A stretch of DNA of 64,000 nt, taken from Bdellovibrionales bacterium. Its GTDB lineage: Bacteria > Bdellovibrionota > Bdellovibrionia > Bdellovibrionales > Bdellovibrionaceae. The notes below the pieces were generated by a model. It ran no database searches and was not told where the DNA came from. It saw only the letters and a program-made list of their open reading frames with translations. The stretch is from assembly GCA_031370005.1 (NCBI GenBank), contig JANMPT010000117.1:1-64000 (forward strand), in the 5' to 3' direction. Position numbers and translations under genes: made by a program. Shown in pieces: positions 18,149 through 27,801 of the stretch. Every line of letters starts with the position of its first letter. The first letter of the stretch is position 1.

Positions 18149-20925
18149 GACAGAGCCTCGACACATTTAGGGCAAACACCCAAAGTTTTAGGTTCTTGAC
18201 TGATTTCAGTCGAGTAAACCCAACAACGCACACATTTCTCACCTGGAGCTTTTTCGGCAAGCACTTCGTAAGAACCCATAATTACATCCACCTTAGAAAC
18301 AATCAAGAGCTCACACAAATCCTTAAAGTTCTTCAAGTCATTTAACAAGTTGGCCTCAGCTTTAAGTGTGACGGCAGCTTCTAGGCTTGAACCAATAACT
18401 TTTTGCGCGCGAAGATTTTCTAAGACCTTCTGTACATCGCTGCGTACCTTCAAAAGGCCTAGGAATTTTTGACTCAAAGTGGGATTGTTCCACTCCGTGG
18501 GGCTTTGCGGGAAATCTAGCAAGAAAACGCTTTCAAGCTTAGGGCCTTTCATATAGCCATAAACTTCTTCAGCTAAGAAGGATAAAATTGGTGCCATCAT
18601 ACGTATAAGATAATCCGTAATGGCATAGATCACAGTTTGGGCCGCACGACGAGGGATGCCGTCAGCCTTCCAAGTATATAATCTGTCTTTTAAAACGTCT
18701 AAGTAGGTTGCAGACAAATCCACCGTAAAGAAATTATTTAGCAAGTGATAGACTTTGTAGAACTCATAGGTGTCATAAGCCTGGGTCACCTTTACAGTCA
18801 GCTCATAGAGCTCATGCAGAGCCCACTTATCAATTTCGGTGAGCTTTTCGTAAACCACTTGGTCTTTGGCCGGATCAAAATCATTCGTCGCTCCTAAAAG
18901 GAAGCGCATGGTGTTACGTATACGACGATAGGTCTCTGTCACCCGATCAAGCTCTTCTTTACCGCAACTAACGTCCTTGCCGTAATCCTCGTAGGCGGTC
19001 CAAAGACGGATGATCTCAGCCCCTGATTTTGCAGTAACATCGTTCGGATCAACGACATTTCCTAGGGACTTACTTTGCTTACGGCCTTGAGAGTCCACCA
19101 CAAAACCGTGAGTGAGCAATGCTTTAAACGGAGCCTCTTCATTCGTCGCCATGGATGTAAGCATAGAGGTATTGAACCAACCGCGATGCTGATCGCTGCC
19201 CTCAAGATAGATATCAGCAGGAAAGCCCATGCCTTGACGGCGCTTTTGAACAGCGGCATGACAGATTCCAGAGTCAAACCAAACATCCAAGATATCGCGT
19301 CCGTGACGAAAGCCTTCTGTGCCAAATTTAGGCTCTTTTTTTGCAGACTCTGATTTTTTCCAAGTATTGCCAACGATTTCGTCAGCAGAAGCGCTGTAAT
19401 AGGCCTCGATGCCGCCTTGCTTTTCAATGATATCAGCAATTTTCATCATGACATCAAAGTCTGCAAGGGGCTCGCCGGTGGCATTGCAGGTGAGAATAGG
19501 GATTGGAACTCCCCATATACGTTGGCGGCTTAAGCACCAATCTGGGCGGTTTTCCATCATAGCTTGGAAGCGAGCTCGTCCCCATTCGGGGATGAATTGG
19601 ATTTTTTCGATTTCTTTTAAAGTTTTCTGACGGATTTGGGAGTGCTCAAGATCAATTCCCATAAACCACTGTGGAGTCGTGCGATAAATCAAAGGTGTTT
19701 TTGTTCTCCAGCAGTGAGGATAACTATGCTCTATCTCTTTCAACATGACGAGGTGGCTGGACTCCCTCAGGCGCTCGACAATGAGAGGATTTGCTTTGAA
19801 AATATTGATTCCAAGATATTCGGGAACTTCTTCGGTGAATTTTCCTGACTCATCCACGGGACTGAGTAAACCTAAGTTATACTTAAGGCCCACCTTGTAG
19901 TCGTCTACCCCATGGCCTGGGGCCGTATGCACAGCGCCAGTTCCGGCATCGGCTGTGACGTGATCGCCATTAAGGATCAAAGAGTCGCGATTAATAAATG
20001 GATGATGGGCTTTTCCAAACTCGAGATCTTTTCCCTTAAAAACTTTACCCTCAATTAGAGTCTGACCCGTGTCCTTTTCGAAAAACTCCTTCAAGGCCTT
20101 AGCGATGATGAAGTTCTCAGAGCCAGCACTATAGACAGAGTATTCAAAATCAGGGTGTAAAGAGATTCCTAAGTTCGCGGGTAAGGTCCAAGGAGTCGTT
20201 GTCCAGATGACAAGGCTGGTTGGATTGCTTGGATTACCAAGTTTTTCTAAAGTAGTTTTGTCTGTGATATTGAACTTCACATAAATTGAAGGGCTTCTGT
20301 GATTATGGTACTCCACCTCAGCTTCCGCTAGAGCAGTTTTCAAAGTCCAATTCCAATAAACCGGTTTTTCACCGCGATAGATATTGCCTTTGGCGTAGAT
20401 TCGCGCGAACTCGCGCACCTCTTCGGCCTCATAGTCAGCAGACATTGTTAAGTATGGATTTTCCCAATCCGCTAAGATCCCAAGTCGACGGAATTGTATA
20501 CGCTGGTGATCCACCCAGGTTTGGGCTTCGGCGCGACACAGGGCCAAAATCTCTTGATCCGATTTCACAAGTTTTTTTGCGGCAAGGTCTTTCAAGACTT
20601 TATGTTCAATAGGTAAGCCATGACAATCCCAACCAGGTATGAATGCGGTTGGTGAGCCCTTCATATTTTTATACTTGATGACGATGTCCTTTAAATTTTT
20701 ATTTAAAGCATGACCTAAATGGATGGAGCCATTTGCGTAGGGCGGACCATCAGGGAAAATAAAAGGCTTTTTCCCTGAGTTTTTCGCAAGCATCTTGTGA
20801 TAGATTTTTCTCTCGTCCCATTGTTTAAGAATCTCAGGTTCTTTAACGGGAAGATTGCCCTTCATAGGGAACTCAGTGAGTGGCAATCGCACTGTTGATT
20901 TGTAATCAGGAAGTGTGCTAGACAC
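18145..20925 (-). CDS. ileS: Isoleucine--tRNA ligase (type 1)
   Basis: GPPYANG, HLGH, WDCHGLP, EGSDQHRGWF, KQSKS, C-terminal CVRC...CPKC zinc finger. Confidence 0.98.
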   Translation of the reverse strand: MSSTLPDYKSTVRLPLTEFPMKGNLPVKEPEILKQWDERKIYHKMLAKNSGKKPFIFPDGPPYANGSIHLGHALNKNLKDIVIKYKNMKGSPTAFIPGWDCHGLPIEHKVLKDLAAKKLVKSDQEILALCRAEAQTWVDHQRIQFRRLGILADWENPYLTMSADYEAEEVREFARIYAKGNIYRGEKPVYWNWTLKTALAEAEVEYHNHRSPSIYVKFNITDKTTLEKLGNPSNPTSLVIWTTTPWTLPANLGISLHPDFEYSVYSAGSENFIIAKALKEFFEKDTGQTLIEGKVFKGKDLEFGKAHHPFINRDSLILNGDHVTADAGTGAVHTAPGHGVDDYKVGLKYNLGLLSPVDESGKFTEEVPEYLGINIFKANPLIVERLRESSHLVMLKEIEHSYPHCWRTKTPLIYRTTPQWFMGIDLEHSQIRQKTLKEIEKIQFIPEWGRARFQAMMENRPDWCLSRQRIWGVPIPILTCNATGEPLADFDVMMKIADIIEKQGGIEAYYSASADEIVGNTWKKSESAKKEPKFGTEGFRHGRDILDVWFDSGICHAAVQKRRQGMGFPADIYLEGSDQHRGWFNTSMLTSMATNEEAPFKALLTHGFVVDSQGRKQSKSLGNVVDPNDVTAKSGAEIIRLWTAYEDYGKDVSCGKEELDRVTETYRRIRNTMRFLLGATNDFDPAKDQVVYEKLTEIDKWALHELYELTVKVTQAYDTYEFYKVYHLLNNFFTVDLSATYLDVLKDRLYTWKADGIPRRAAQTVIYAITDYLIRMMAPILSFLAEEVYGYMKGPKLESVFLLDFPQSPTEWNNPTLSQKFLGLLKVRSDVQKVLENLRAQKVIGSSLEAAVTLKAEANLLNDLKNFKDLCELLIVSKVDVIMGSYEVLAEKAPGEKCVRCWVYSTEISQEPKTLGVCPKCVEALS

Positions 20926-21025
20926 CAGGTCCTCCTCGAAAAATTCAAGTTTCTAGTATATTCAGAAAACGCCAAATATTTAAGCCATTTAGTCGGAAAT
21001 ATTTTTAGAAGCAGACGGTCAAAGC

Positions 21026-21487
21026 TTAAGAGTAAAGGTTTTTTGCCTTTTTATAGCCCAAGGAGATCAAGAGACGTAGAGCTTCGATGTCAGCGCTTAG
21101 GTTGAGCTGCTCCCGAATCTCAGAAACCATGGCTTTGCTTTTGTCATCAAGCGGACTTAGTAAATCCATAGAAATATGGTTGTTTTGGATACTTACTTGC
21201 TTTGCCGGAGCTGTCGTCTGAGGAGCAGAAGCCTGAAATACTGGTGCCGTACTTTCGAGTTGCCCCATCATACCAGCTAAACTTTTAAGCTCTTTTTTAA
21301 AATTCTGGATGCTCGGTGTATCCAGAGCCTCATCGCCATTGCGCTGAGCCTTCAGAAATAATGTGCACAGAATGTCAGGAGTCGTCGCGAGCTCTCTAAT
21401 AGACTCATTCTGATGTACAAGCCACATATAGGCCTTCGTCAATGTGTCTTTTGTATATGCCTGAGGTGGTAGTGGATTCATGTTCAT
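21026..21487 (-). CDS. Hypothetical protein
   Basis: Long ORF, probable start ATG 21487 (MNMNPLPPQAYTK...); no recognised family. Confidence 0.6.
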   Translation of the reverse strand: MNMNPLPPQAYTKDTLTKAYMWLVHQNESIRELATTPDILCTLFLKAQRNGDEALDTPSIQNFKKELKSLAGMMGQLESTAPVFQASAPQTTAPAKQVSIQNNHISMDLLSPLDDKSKAMVSEIREQLNLSADIEALRLLISLGYKKAKNLYS

Positions 21488-21620
21488 GAGGGACAGAAAG
21501 ATATTGTTCTTGAGCCGGGCAGTCAATTCTCGAGTCCCCACTAGCCGGGATTTTTAAGAAATATATTTCTATACACATTGCGAAAATGGCAGGGATTTCA
21601 CTTGATAAAGATGATCTAAT

Positions 21621-21649
21621 AAAAAAGCCGAATTTATTCAATTCGGCTT
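21621..21649 (-). terminator. Rho-independent terminator after the porin gene
   Basis: AAGCCGAATT-tattc-AATTCGGCTT stem with an A-tract (U-tract on the minus strand). Confidence 0.75.
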
Positions 21650-21687
21650 CAATAAAAACCTTGATTTTGGAAATTCCAGTTATGGTT

Positions 21688-22794
21688 TTATTTTAGGAAA
21701 TCGCCCAGCATCCGCGCGCCCAGAACGACTTCGGTCTTAATTTGATCATCGCCAGTTGCAGGTTTTGTTGTGATGCTATTGTACGCAAGATGGTAACGAA
21801 AGTTTTCAGCTGTTGGTTTGTACTCAAGTATAGCGCCATATCCAACGAATTTATTATTTTGAGACGTCGTTAGTCCAATTTCTCTGTTTTCTTCGGAAGT
21901 ATAGGCCTCAAGACGTGGAGTCCATTGGTCCATTTTATAGCCAAGCTTTAAAATTGCAGCATAGACTTGGTCTTTGTTTCCGCTTGTGCCGTCTTTATAC
22001 TCAGTCGTATTGTATTCAAGACTGCCAATCCAATCGGACTCATGCTTGATGCCAGCTGACGCGAAAGTATGTTTATTACCAGAAGCCGCCGTGGCACCTT
22101 GAGGAGAGGCCTCATGATAACTCAAAAGGCCCGTAAGGGTTTTATCGAGGAAAGTGCCCTTCCAAGTTAAGCCCATCAATCCACGGTTTTGATTGAAGTT
22201 GCCGCCGGAGTCATTGGAGTCAGAAATATTATTCATAGCCAAGAAATAGATATGCTGGTCAAACATACTTAAGTCGCCCTTGGCACCTGTCATATAAAGA
22301 ATATTTGACGCTCCAGATTGATTGATGCCGATATTGCTGCCGCTCAAAGATTTTACAGCTACGTGCTGGTAAATAGGAGAAACCATATAAAGATCAGCGC
22401 CCGAGGTTGCGCCCTCGAAGCCGCCAATTTCTGTATTTACTTTTCCCAAGGAGAGAGCAAACATATCGCTCATTTTATCTGTAACGTAGGCATATTCTAC
22501 AGAGCTGTTGACGGAGTCACGTTTGGAATTTGATGGAACTCCAGAAGTTGTGCTGACGCTGTCTACCGCAGGTTTATAAAAGCCCCAACGAAGTTGGTAG
22601 TTAATGCGGTCATTAAGATTTCCCTTAAAGTCCAGTCGCCCTGTTTTGATATAGAAACGAGTATAATCAGACAAATTTGCTGCGTCATTATAGTGCACGC
22701 TTTGCCAGTCACCGCGGAAATCATAGTTAAGCGTATTGGCATGGGCGCTCGCGGAAGCGATGAGCACAACTAAAAGAGTCAAAAGAGTTTTCAT
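21688..22794 (-). CDS. Outer-membrane porin-like beta-barrel
   Basis: Signal peptide ASAHA; RLDFKG, VEYAY, amphipathic strands; C-terminal aromatic residue. Confidence 0.75.
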   Translation of the reverse strand: MKTLLTLLVVLIASASAHANTLNYDFRGDWQSVHYNDAANLSDYTRFYIKTGRLDFKGNLNDRINYQLRWGFYKPAVDSVSTTSGVPSNSKRDSVNSSVEYAYVTDKMSDMFALSLGKVNTEIGGFEGATSGADLYMVSPIYQHVAVKSLSGSNIGINQSGASNILYMTGAKGDLSMFDQHIYFLAMNNISDSNDSGGNFNQNRGLMGLTWKGTFLDKTLTGLLSYHEASPQGATAASGNKHTFASAGIKHESDWIGSLEYNTTEYKDGTSGNKDQVYAAILKLGYKMDQWTPRLEAYTSEENREIGLTTSQNNKFVGYGAILEYKPTAENFRYHLAYNSITTKPATGDDQIKTEVVLGARMLGDFLK

Positions 22795-22824
22795 AGATAA
22801 GCCATCCTTGTTGTTATATTAAAA

Positions 22825-22863
22825 ACTTAAAACCCGATCATGTTTATTGATCGGGTTTTAAGT
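22825..22863 (-). terminator. 16-bp perfect inverted repeat closing the rSAM-peptide-HK-RR operon
   Basis: ACTTAAAACCCGATCA-tgtttat-TGATCGGGTTTTAAGT, 29 nt after the response regulator stop. Confidence 0.7.
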
Positions 22864-22891
22864 CAAGTATTTTTTATATATGAAAGTGAGC

Positions 22892-24415
22892 TTAGATTGA
22901 ATAGTCTTTGGCAACGATCCCATATTTTTCAATTTTGCGAAGCAAAGTTTTCTTCGGGATGTTTGCATGCAAAGCCGTTTGGTTTATGCGGCCTTTGAAG
23001 ACCTTCAATGCTTTAATTATGAACTCTTTTTCAAAAGTTTCTTTCTGTGCGTTAAAGTCAAGATTGCTATCTAAAGTAGCAGGGGCAGGAGCTTCACCCA
23101 TATTGCCCTCAAGATTTAAGTCCTCGCCATCAAGCATATCCAAGTCGTCCTTATCACCAAGATCTACTTCTGTGGTAGCTGCAGCTCTTGCCTCAAGAGA
23201 ATGTAATTGTGAAAGAATATCGATCAAATTAGCACCTGCGGCTGCCAAAACAACCTCAGGAAGAGACGCGAGAGTAATGACATTGTTGGTTTCAAGTACG
23301 AAAGCATGTTCAATGACATTTTCAAGCTCGCGAATATTGCCTGGCCATTGATATTTCTTAAGTGCTGACAAGGCATCAGCGGCCACCCCAGAAATACGCT
23401 TGCTATGACTGGCATTAAATTTTTTGATGAAAATATTAATGAGATTTTCAATGTCTTCTTTGCGGTCCGCAAGAGCGGGTAAGAATATGGGAACGACATT
23501 CAAACGATAGAATAGATCTTCCCGGAAGCTGCCAGCTTTGATCATTTCTTCCAAGGGGCGATTGGTCGCCGCTACGATTCTTACATTGGTTGAGATTTCG
23601 CGATTCGAGCCTACAGGAGTGAACATTTTTTCCTGAAGAACGCGCAAGATTTTAACTTGCATCATTACCGGCATATCGCCGATTTCATCTAAGAACAGAG
23701 TCCCACCTTCGGTGAATTGGAATTTGCCAATTTTGCGTTGATCAGCCCCGGTAAAAGAGCCTTTTTCATGTCCGAAAAGTTCGGATTCAAAAAGATTTTC
23801 CGGAATCGCAGAACAGTTGATAGCTACGAACTTCTCATCTTTACGGGCCGAGTTGTAGTGTATTGCTTTAGCCACAAGCTCTTTGCCGGAGCCCGAAGCC
23901 CCGCGAATCAATACTGGAGTGTCTACTTTGGCAAGGCGGTGAATAATATTGAATACCTTTTGCATTTGTTGGGTATTGCCAATGATCTTGCGACCGGCCT
24001 CGACTAAAACCGGAGCAGAAGCCGCGATATTATAGATCATCGTATGAGCCGAAACGGCCTTGTCAACCAACGCGAGGAGCTCGTCGCCAGAAACTGGCTT
24101 TGATAAATAATTGTAGGCACCATCTTTCACAGCTTGAACAGCGTGATCCAAAGTTGCATGGGCTGTGATCATCAATACGATAATACCTGGATCATGTTCT
24201 TTAATAAGTCGGAGTGCTTCAAGGCCATTAATACGTGGCATATCAACATCGAGAATAACGACATCAAATTTTTTCTCGTCACTGGACTTCACCTTTTCGA
24301 TTGCATTCAGGCCATCGAAAGCCTCTTCGACTTCAAAACGTGCCGATGAGACGAGCGCCGTCTTAACTGAGAGTCTCAACCCCTGATCGTCATCGACCAC
24401 TAAAACCCTAAGCAT
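22892..24415 (-). CDS. NtrC-family sigma54-dependent response regulator (REC-AAA+-Fis HTH)
   Basis: VVDDD, LDVDMP, GASGSGKE, ESELFGHEKGSFTGA, LFLDEIG, WPGNIRELEN, C-terminal HTH. Confidence 0.95.
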   Translation of the reverse strand: MLRVLVVDDDQGLRLSVKTALVSSARFEVEEAFDGLNAIEKVKSSDEKKFDVVILDVDMPRINGLEALRLIKEHDPGIIVLMITAHATLDHAVQAVKDGAYNYLSKPVSGDELLALVDKAVSAHTMIYNIAASAPVLVEAGRKIIGNTQQMQKVFNIIHRLAKVDTPVLIRGASGSGKELVAKAIHYNSARKDEKFVAINCSAIPENLFESELFGHEKGSFTGADQRKIGKFQFTEGGTLFLDEIGDMPVMMQVKILRVLQEKMFTPVGSNREISTNVRIVAATNRPLEEMIKAGSFREDLFYRLNVVPIFLPALADRKEDIENLINIFIKKFNASHSKRISGVAADALSALKKYQWPGNIRELENVIEHAFVLETNNVITLASLPEVVLAAAGANLIDILSQLHSLEARAAATTEVDLGDKDDLDMLDGEDLNLEGNMGEAPAPATLDSNLDFNAQKETFEKEFIIKALKVFKGRINQTALHANIPKKTLLRKIEKYGIVAKDYSI

Positions 24416-26285
24416 GTGACCTCCCCTGTTCCAGAGGCAGTTCTACAGTAAAAGTGCTGCCTTTTCCATAGGTACTTTCTACAAAAATTCTGCCTTGATG
24501 TAATTCTGTAAAGTATTTAGCAAGATAGAGCCCGAGCCCAGATCCTTTTATAGGAGAGCTTTTCGCATTCTTACTCCGAAAAAATTTCATAAAAATATTA
24601 TTCACTTCATCTTGAGGAATTCCAGGGCCGCAGTCCTCAACGCGTACGATGACTTTGCCGTCTTTTTCTTTGCTATGGACTCGTACTTGAGACTCTTCAG
24701 GGCTGTATTTGATTGCGTTCTCAATCAGGTTCGAAAAGACCTGCTTCATCAGCTCTGGGTCGACTTGAATCGGAAACAGAGGCTCGGATTCAAACTCAAT
24801 TGGGATGCGTTTTACTTTAGCTAAGAACTCGTGCTTACGAATCACATCTTTTAAGAGCGAGTTCACATCGCGACTTTGCATATGAAGTTCAACGCCTTGG
24901 CTTTCGATTTTTCCATAATTTAAAATTGTATTTATAAACTTTAAAAGGTCATCGCCCGAGTGGCGAATAGTATCTAGAGCCTCTCGTTGTTGCGAGCTCA
25001 AGGCTTGAGGGTCTTTTAAAATAACATCCGTCATGCCTTGAATACGCGCAATTGGTGTTTTCAAATCATGGGACATCATTGAAATAAAATTGCCTTTAAG
25101 CTCTTCGACCTGAGAGAGGAGCTTATTTTTTTGGTAGTATTCCCAACTGCGCCGATTCTCAATGATAAGTCGATAGGGAATAAAGAAGTAATAACACAAG
25201 AAGATAGCTAAGAGGGGGTGAGCCATCTTGATCCAATATTCAAATGGCCAAAAGCCAAGGGCGCTCATTGCGATTAAAGTCACGCCAGTCATCGCAAGAA
25301 TAGTCAGACTGCGGATCGGTTTCATGGTGAAAAGAACGTGAACTGTTAAAATCGACGTTAAAATAGTCACTAGGATATTCAGCCACGGAGGGGCTTGGAT
25401 CGGAGCATTATTCTGAATCAAAGTATCAATCATGTTGGCATTTAATTCAACCAGGGTCATCGCCTTGGCATTCGATGAAAAGGGCGTCTTTGCGTAGTCG
25501 CGGATAGCTCCGCCATGGTCATTCCCGAGAAGAATTATTTTATTTTTAAATTGGCCAGGTAAAAACCGACCATCCATTACATCTTCAAAAGAGGTCCGCG
25601 GATAGGAGTTCGTTTTTCGATAACTGATATAGACTTGTTCCGAGTCAAAGAACCCAAAAAGTCCGTGAATATTTTTTTTTATTTTAATATCAGGGTTCAC
25701 AAGTCCCGCAATATAGGGTTGGGCCATCTGGCGATCCTGATAAGTGATCATCATACGGCGAGTTACTTTATCCTGTGCGAGTACGTCGCCATCGTTTGTA
25801 CGTGGCCCCGGAAAGATTTCAATGGAGCTTAAGGGCTCAGCGAGTTTGAGCTTGCCCTCTTCGCCCTTCATCTCGAGATCTTGGCTGATCATGTAGAGAT
25901 TATTAATTTTTTTTGCTTCCTCCGCGAAAGCCTTTTTTTCCTCAAGAGTCCCTTGAAGCTCGTCAAGGTTTTGCGTGTAAAGCAAGGCAAGAGGTTCTTC
26001 CCTTTCAATCTGCTTAAGAAGCTCCAATTGGTCTTTAGCTGTTGGAAGACCTTTTAGGCTCTCAACAGTTTTCGAGGTGGTCACGATTGTTTCAATATGT
26101 CCAGATGGGGACGGCTTGGGCAACAATCGAATTCGCATATCATAGAGCCCGGACTCCCAGGAATCTAGCTTGAGTTGGCTGATAAATACGCCCATCGCAC
26201 AGGCTAAAACAAGGCGCAGGGCAGAGTATAAAACCCCACCTTTAAAAAAGCCTGTTGTATGAGTGTGCGACGGAATCGGTGTCAT
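24408..26285 (-). CDS. CHASE2-domain sensor histidine kinase
   Basis: TM, then E..LYD.R, D.VTRR, FKNKIILLG, TPF, ANMIDTL, then 3 TM, SHDLKTP, NLIENAIKYS, GSGLGL. Start reassigned to ATG 26285. Confidence 0.9.
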   Translation of the reverse strand: MTPIPSHTHTTGFFKGGVLYSALRLVLACAMGVFISQLKLDSWESGLYDMRIRLLPKPSPSGHIETIVTTSKTVESLKGLPTAKDQLELLKQIEREEPLALLYTQNLDELQGTLEEKKAFAEEAKKINNLYMISQDLEMKGEEGKLKLAEPLSSIEIFPGPRTNDGDVLAQDKVTRRMMITYQDRQMAQPYIAGLVNPDIKIKKNIHGLFGFFDSEQVYISYRKTNSYPRTSFEDVMDGRFLPGQFKNKIILLGNDHGGAIRDYAKTPFSSNAKAMTLVELNANMIDTLIQNNAPIQAPPWLNILVTILTSILTVHVLFTMKPIRSLTILAMTGVTLIAMSALGFWPFEYWIKMAHPLLAIFLCYYFFIPYRLIIENRRSWEYYQKNKLLSQVEELKGNFISMMSHDLKTPIARIQGMTDVILKDPQALSSQQREALDTIRHSGDDLLKFINTILNYGKIESQGVELHMQSRDVNSLLKDVIRKHEFLAKVKRIPIEFESEPLFPIQVDPELMKQVFSNLIENAIKYSPEESQVRVHSKEKDGKVIVRVEDCGPGIPQDEVNNIFMKFFRSKNAKSSPIKGSGLGLYLAKYFTELHQGRIFVESTYGKGSTFTVELPLEQGRSHA

Positions 26286-26286
26286 G

Positions 26287-26421
26287 CTAGTTGTCAGTTG
26301 CCAAGATATCGCCACCGACAGGAGGACATGGGTTGCCACCGTTGCCGTGACCAAAACTCGCAGTTTGTGTTGTTAGCGGTTTTAGTTTTTTAATGTGTTT
26401 TTTCTTGAGTTTTTCCATCAT
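26287..26421 (-). CDS. Putative RiPP precursor peptide, 44 aa: MMEKLKKKHIKKLKPLTTQTASFGHGNGGNPCPPVGGDILATDN
   Basis: Translated by hand. GGAGAG RBS at 26425-26430; overlaps the rSAM 3' end; TAG stop lies 1 nt before the kinase ATG; basic leader plus a Gly/Asn/Pro core with one Cys. Confidence 0.75.
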   Translation of the reverse strand: MMEKLKKKHIKKLKPLTTQTASFGHGNGGNPCPPVGGDILATDN

Positions 26422-27733
26422 CTTCTCTCCCGCGACACTGCTCATAATAGACCAGCGTTAAAGCCACCATAAATCTTGTTCGCTCACAAAATTGCGAGTT
26501 TTTAATATTTTTATTACCTGAACCATGCTTGTGAACAAACATACAACCGCCACCGCACAAAAATCTAGCCCAGCAGTTTTCACACTTATTTGCCTCAAGA
26601 ATTGGCTTTTGATAAGCCTCTAAAGTTTTTTCGTTGAGTTCAGTGCCTTGACCGACTTGCTCTTTTTTGTCGTTTACATCCCAAGGGCACGTATAGATCT
26701 GATTGCGGGCATCGATCATTAAAAAAGATTTTCCCGCACCACAGTAGTTTTCTGTCCGTCGCTGTTGATCCAAAGATTGAAAGTGCTGTTCAAAAATTCG
26801 AATTTTCCTTAAAGCGCTCTCGCCACCTTTAGTGAAAGCAGAAGCCGCTAGCTTCGTCATTTGGCTCATGTACTCGACAGTTGCGCGGGGATTGTTCTCA
26901 GAGACCGAAAAAGAAAAATCATAACTATCGACATCGAATTTGGAGTAAAACTCGTAAGCCTTTTCAAGCTCCATGTTATTGCTGTCAAATACGCCATGGA
27001 TCAAGATATGGCTAAACTCCATTTTGCGAGCGAGGAGCCTTTCAAGACCAGCAACGATCATTGCTGTGGGGGAAGTGCCATTTTTAGTTGGGCGCATAAT
27101 ATCGTTGATCTCAGGAGGACCATCAAGACTGATGGTTACGGAGGCTTTCATGCTTGCTAAGATATCGAGGTTTTTATCTGTCAGTAATGTGCCATTGGTG
27201 ATGATGGTGTAATTCACAGTGCGCTCAGGGGCGACTTCAGCAACATATTTTGCTATCAAGGCAAGGCCTTCGGCATAAAGCAAGGGCTCTCCGCCTAAGA
27301 AGCTGATGTTAAAGCTGACGTTTGGTGGCAAACGATCGAGAAAAAATTTAAGTTGAGGCAAAGTTTTCTCAATGGAGATCTTGGCAATCGTATCGCCAAA
27401 AGTTCCATCTCCGCCGGCAGCGCAGTAATTGCAATGCAGGTTGCAGATCTGAGTGACGTTCAAAGTGAGAAAGCGAATCACGGAATTGATTTTGCTAATT
27501 TTTACATCGGGGTTATTTTCAACATCCCAGGATTTAAGCTCTGTAAGTGCTTCATTTATTTTTTGCGATTGAATGACTTCTGGGGCAGCAGAGTTGAGTA
27601 AAGTCGTAGGAGACATGTTTAGCCAAGTAGACTCAGAAATTTGCGCCACTTCCATATTGCGCGCGTGGAAAGCCAAAAGCGCTCCCGCTTCCGATTTTAG
27701 CGCTAAAATGTCATTATAGCGTCGCAATTCCAT
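26390..27733 (-). CDS. Radical SAM/SPASM peptide maturase (CteB/QhpD/anSME-like)
   Basis: CNLHCNYC, FLGGEPLL, ITNGTLL, ISLDG; 7-Cys SPASM C-x17-C...Cx2Cx5Cx3C-x18-C; about 85-aa N-terminal extension that may be an RRE. Confidence 0.9.
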   Translation of the reverse strand: MELRRYNDILALKSEAGALLAFHARNMEVAQISESTWLNMSPTTLLNSAAPEVIQSQKINEALTELKSWDVENNPDVKISKINSVIRFLTLNVTQICNLHCNYCAAGGDGTFGDTIAKISIEKTLPQLKFFLDRLPPNVSFNISFLGGEPLLYAEGLALIAKYVAEVAPERTVNYTIITNGTLLTDKNLDILASMKASVTISLDGPPEINDIMRPTKNGTSPTAMIVAGLERLLARKMEFSHILIHGVFDSNNMELEKAYEFYSKFDVDSYDFSFSVSENNPRATVEYMSQMTKLAASAFTKGGESALRKIRIFEQHFQSLDQQRRTENYCGAGKSFLMIDARNQIYTCPWDVNDKKEQVGQGTELNEKTLEAYQKPILEANKCENCWARFLCGGGCMFVHKHGSGNKNIKNSQFCERTRFMVALTLVYYEQCRGREDDGKTQEKTH

Positions 27734-27784
27734 TGAGCTTTCCCCAGTGTCTTTTTGACACTAATAATTCCATGGGCTTAAATG

Positions 27785-27801
27785 TGCAATTAGGGGGCCA
27801 G
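27785..27801 (-). promoter_or_regulatory. Sigma54 -24/-12 promoter of the rSAM operon
   Basis: Minus strand CTGGCCCCCTAATTGCA: GG (27799-98) and GC (27787-86) are 12 nt apart with a full TTGCA, about 52 nt before the ATG. Confidence 0.7.

Noticed and set aside
26286..26354. N-terminal extension of the kinase in the ORF track (MVTATVATHV...)
   Set aside because: The TTG start has no RBS and overlaps the peptide ORF, which has an RBS. ATG 26285, right after the peptide stop, is more plausible.
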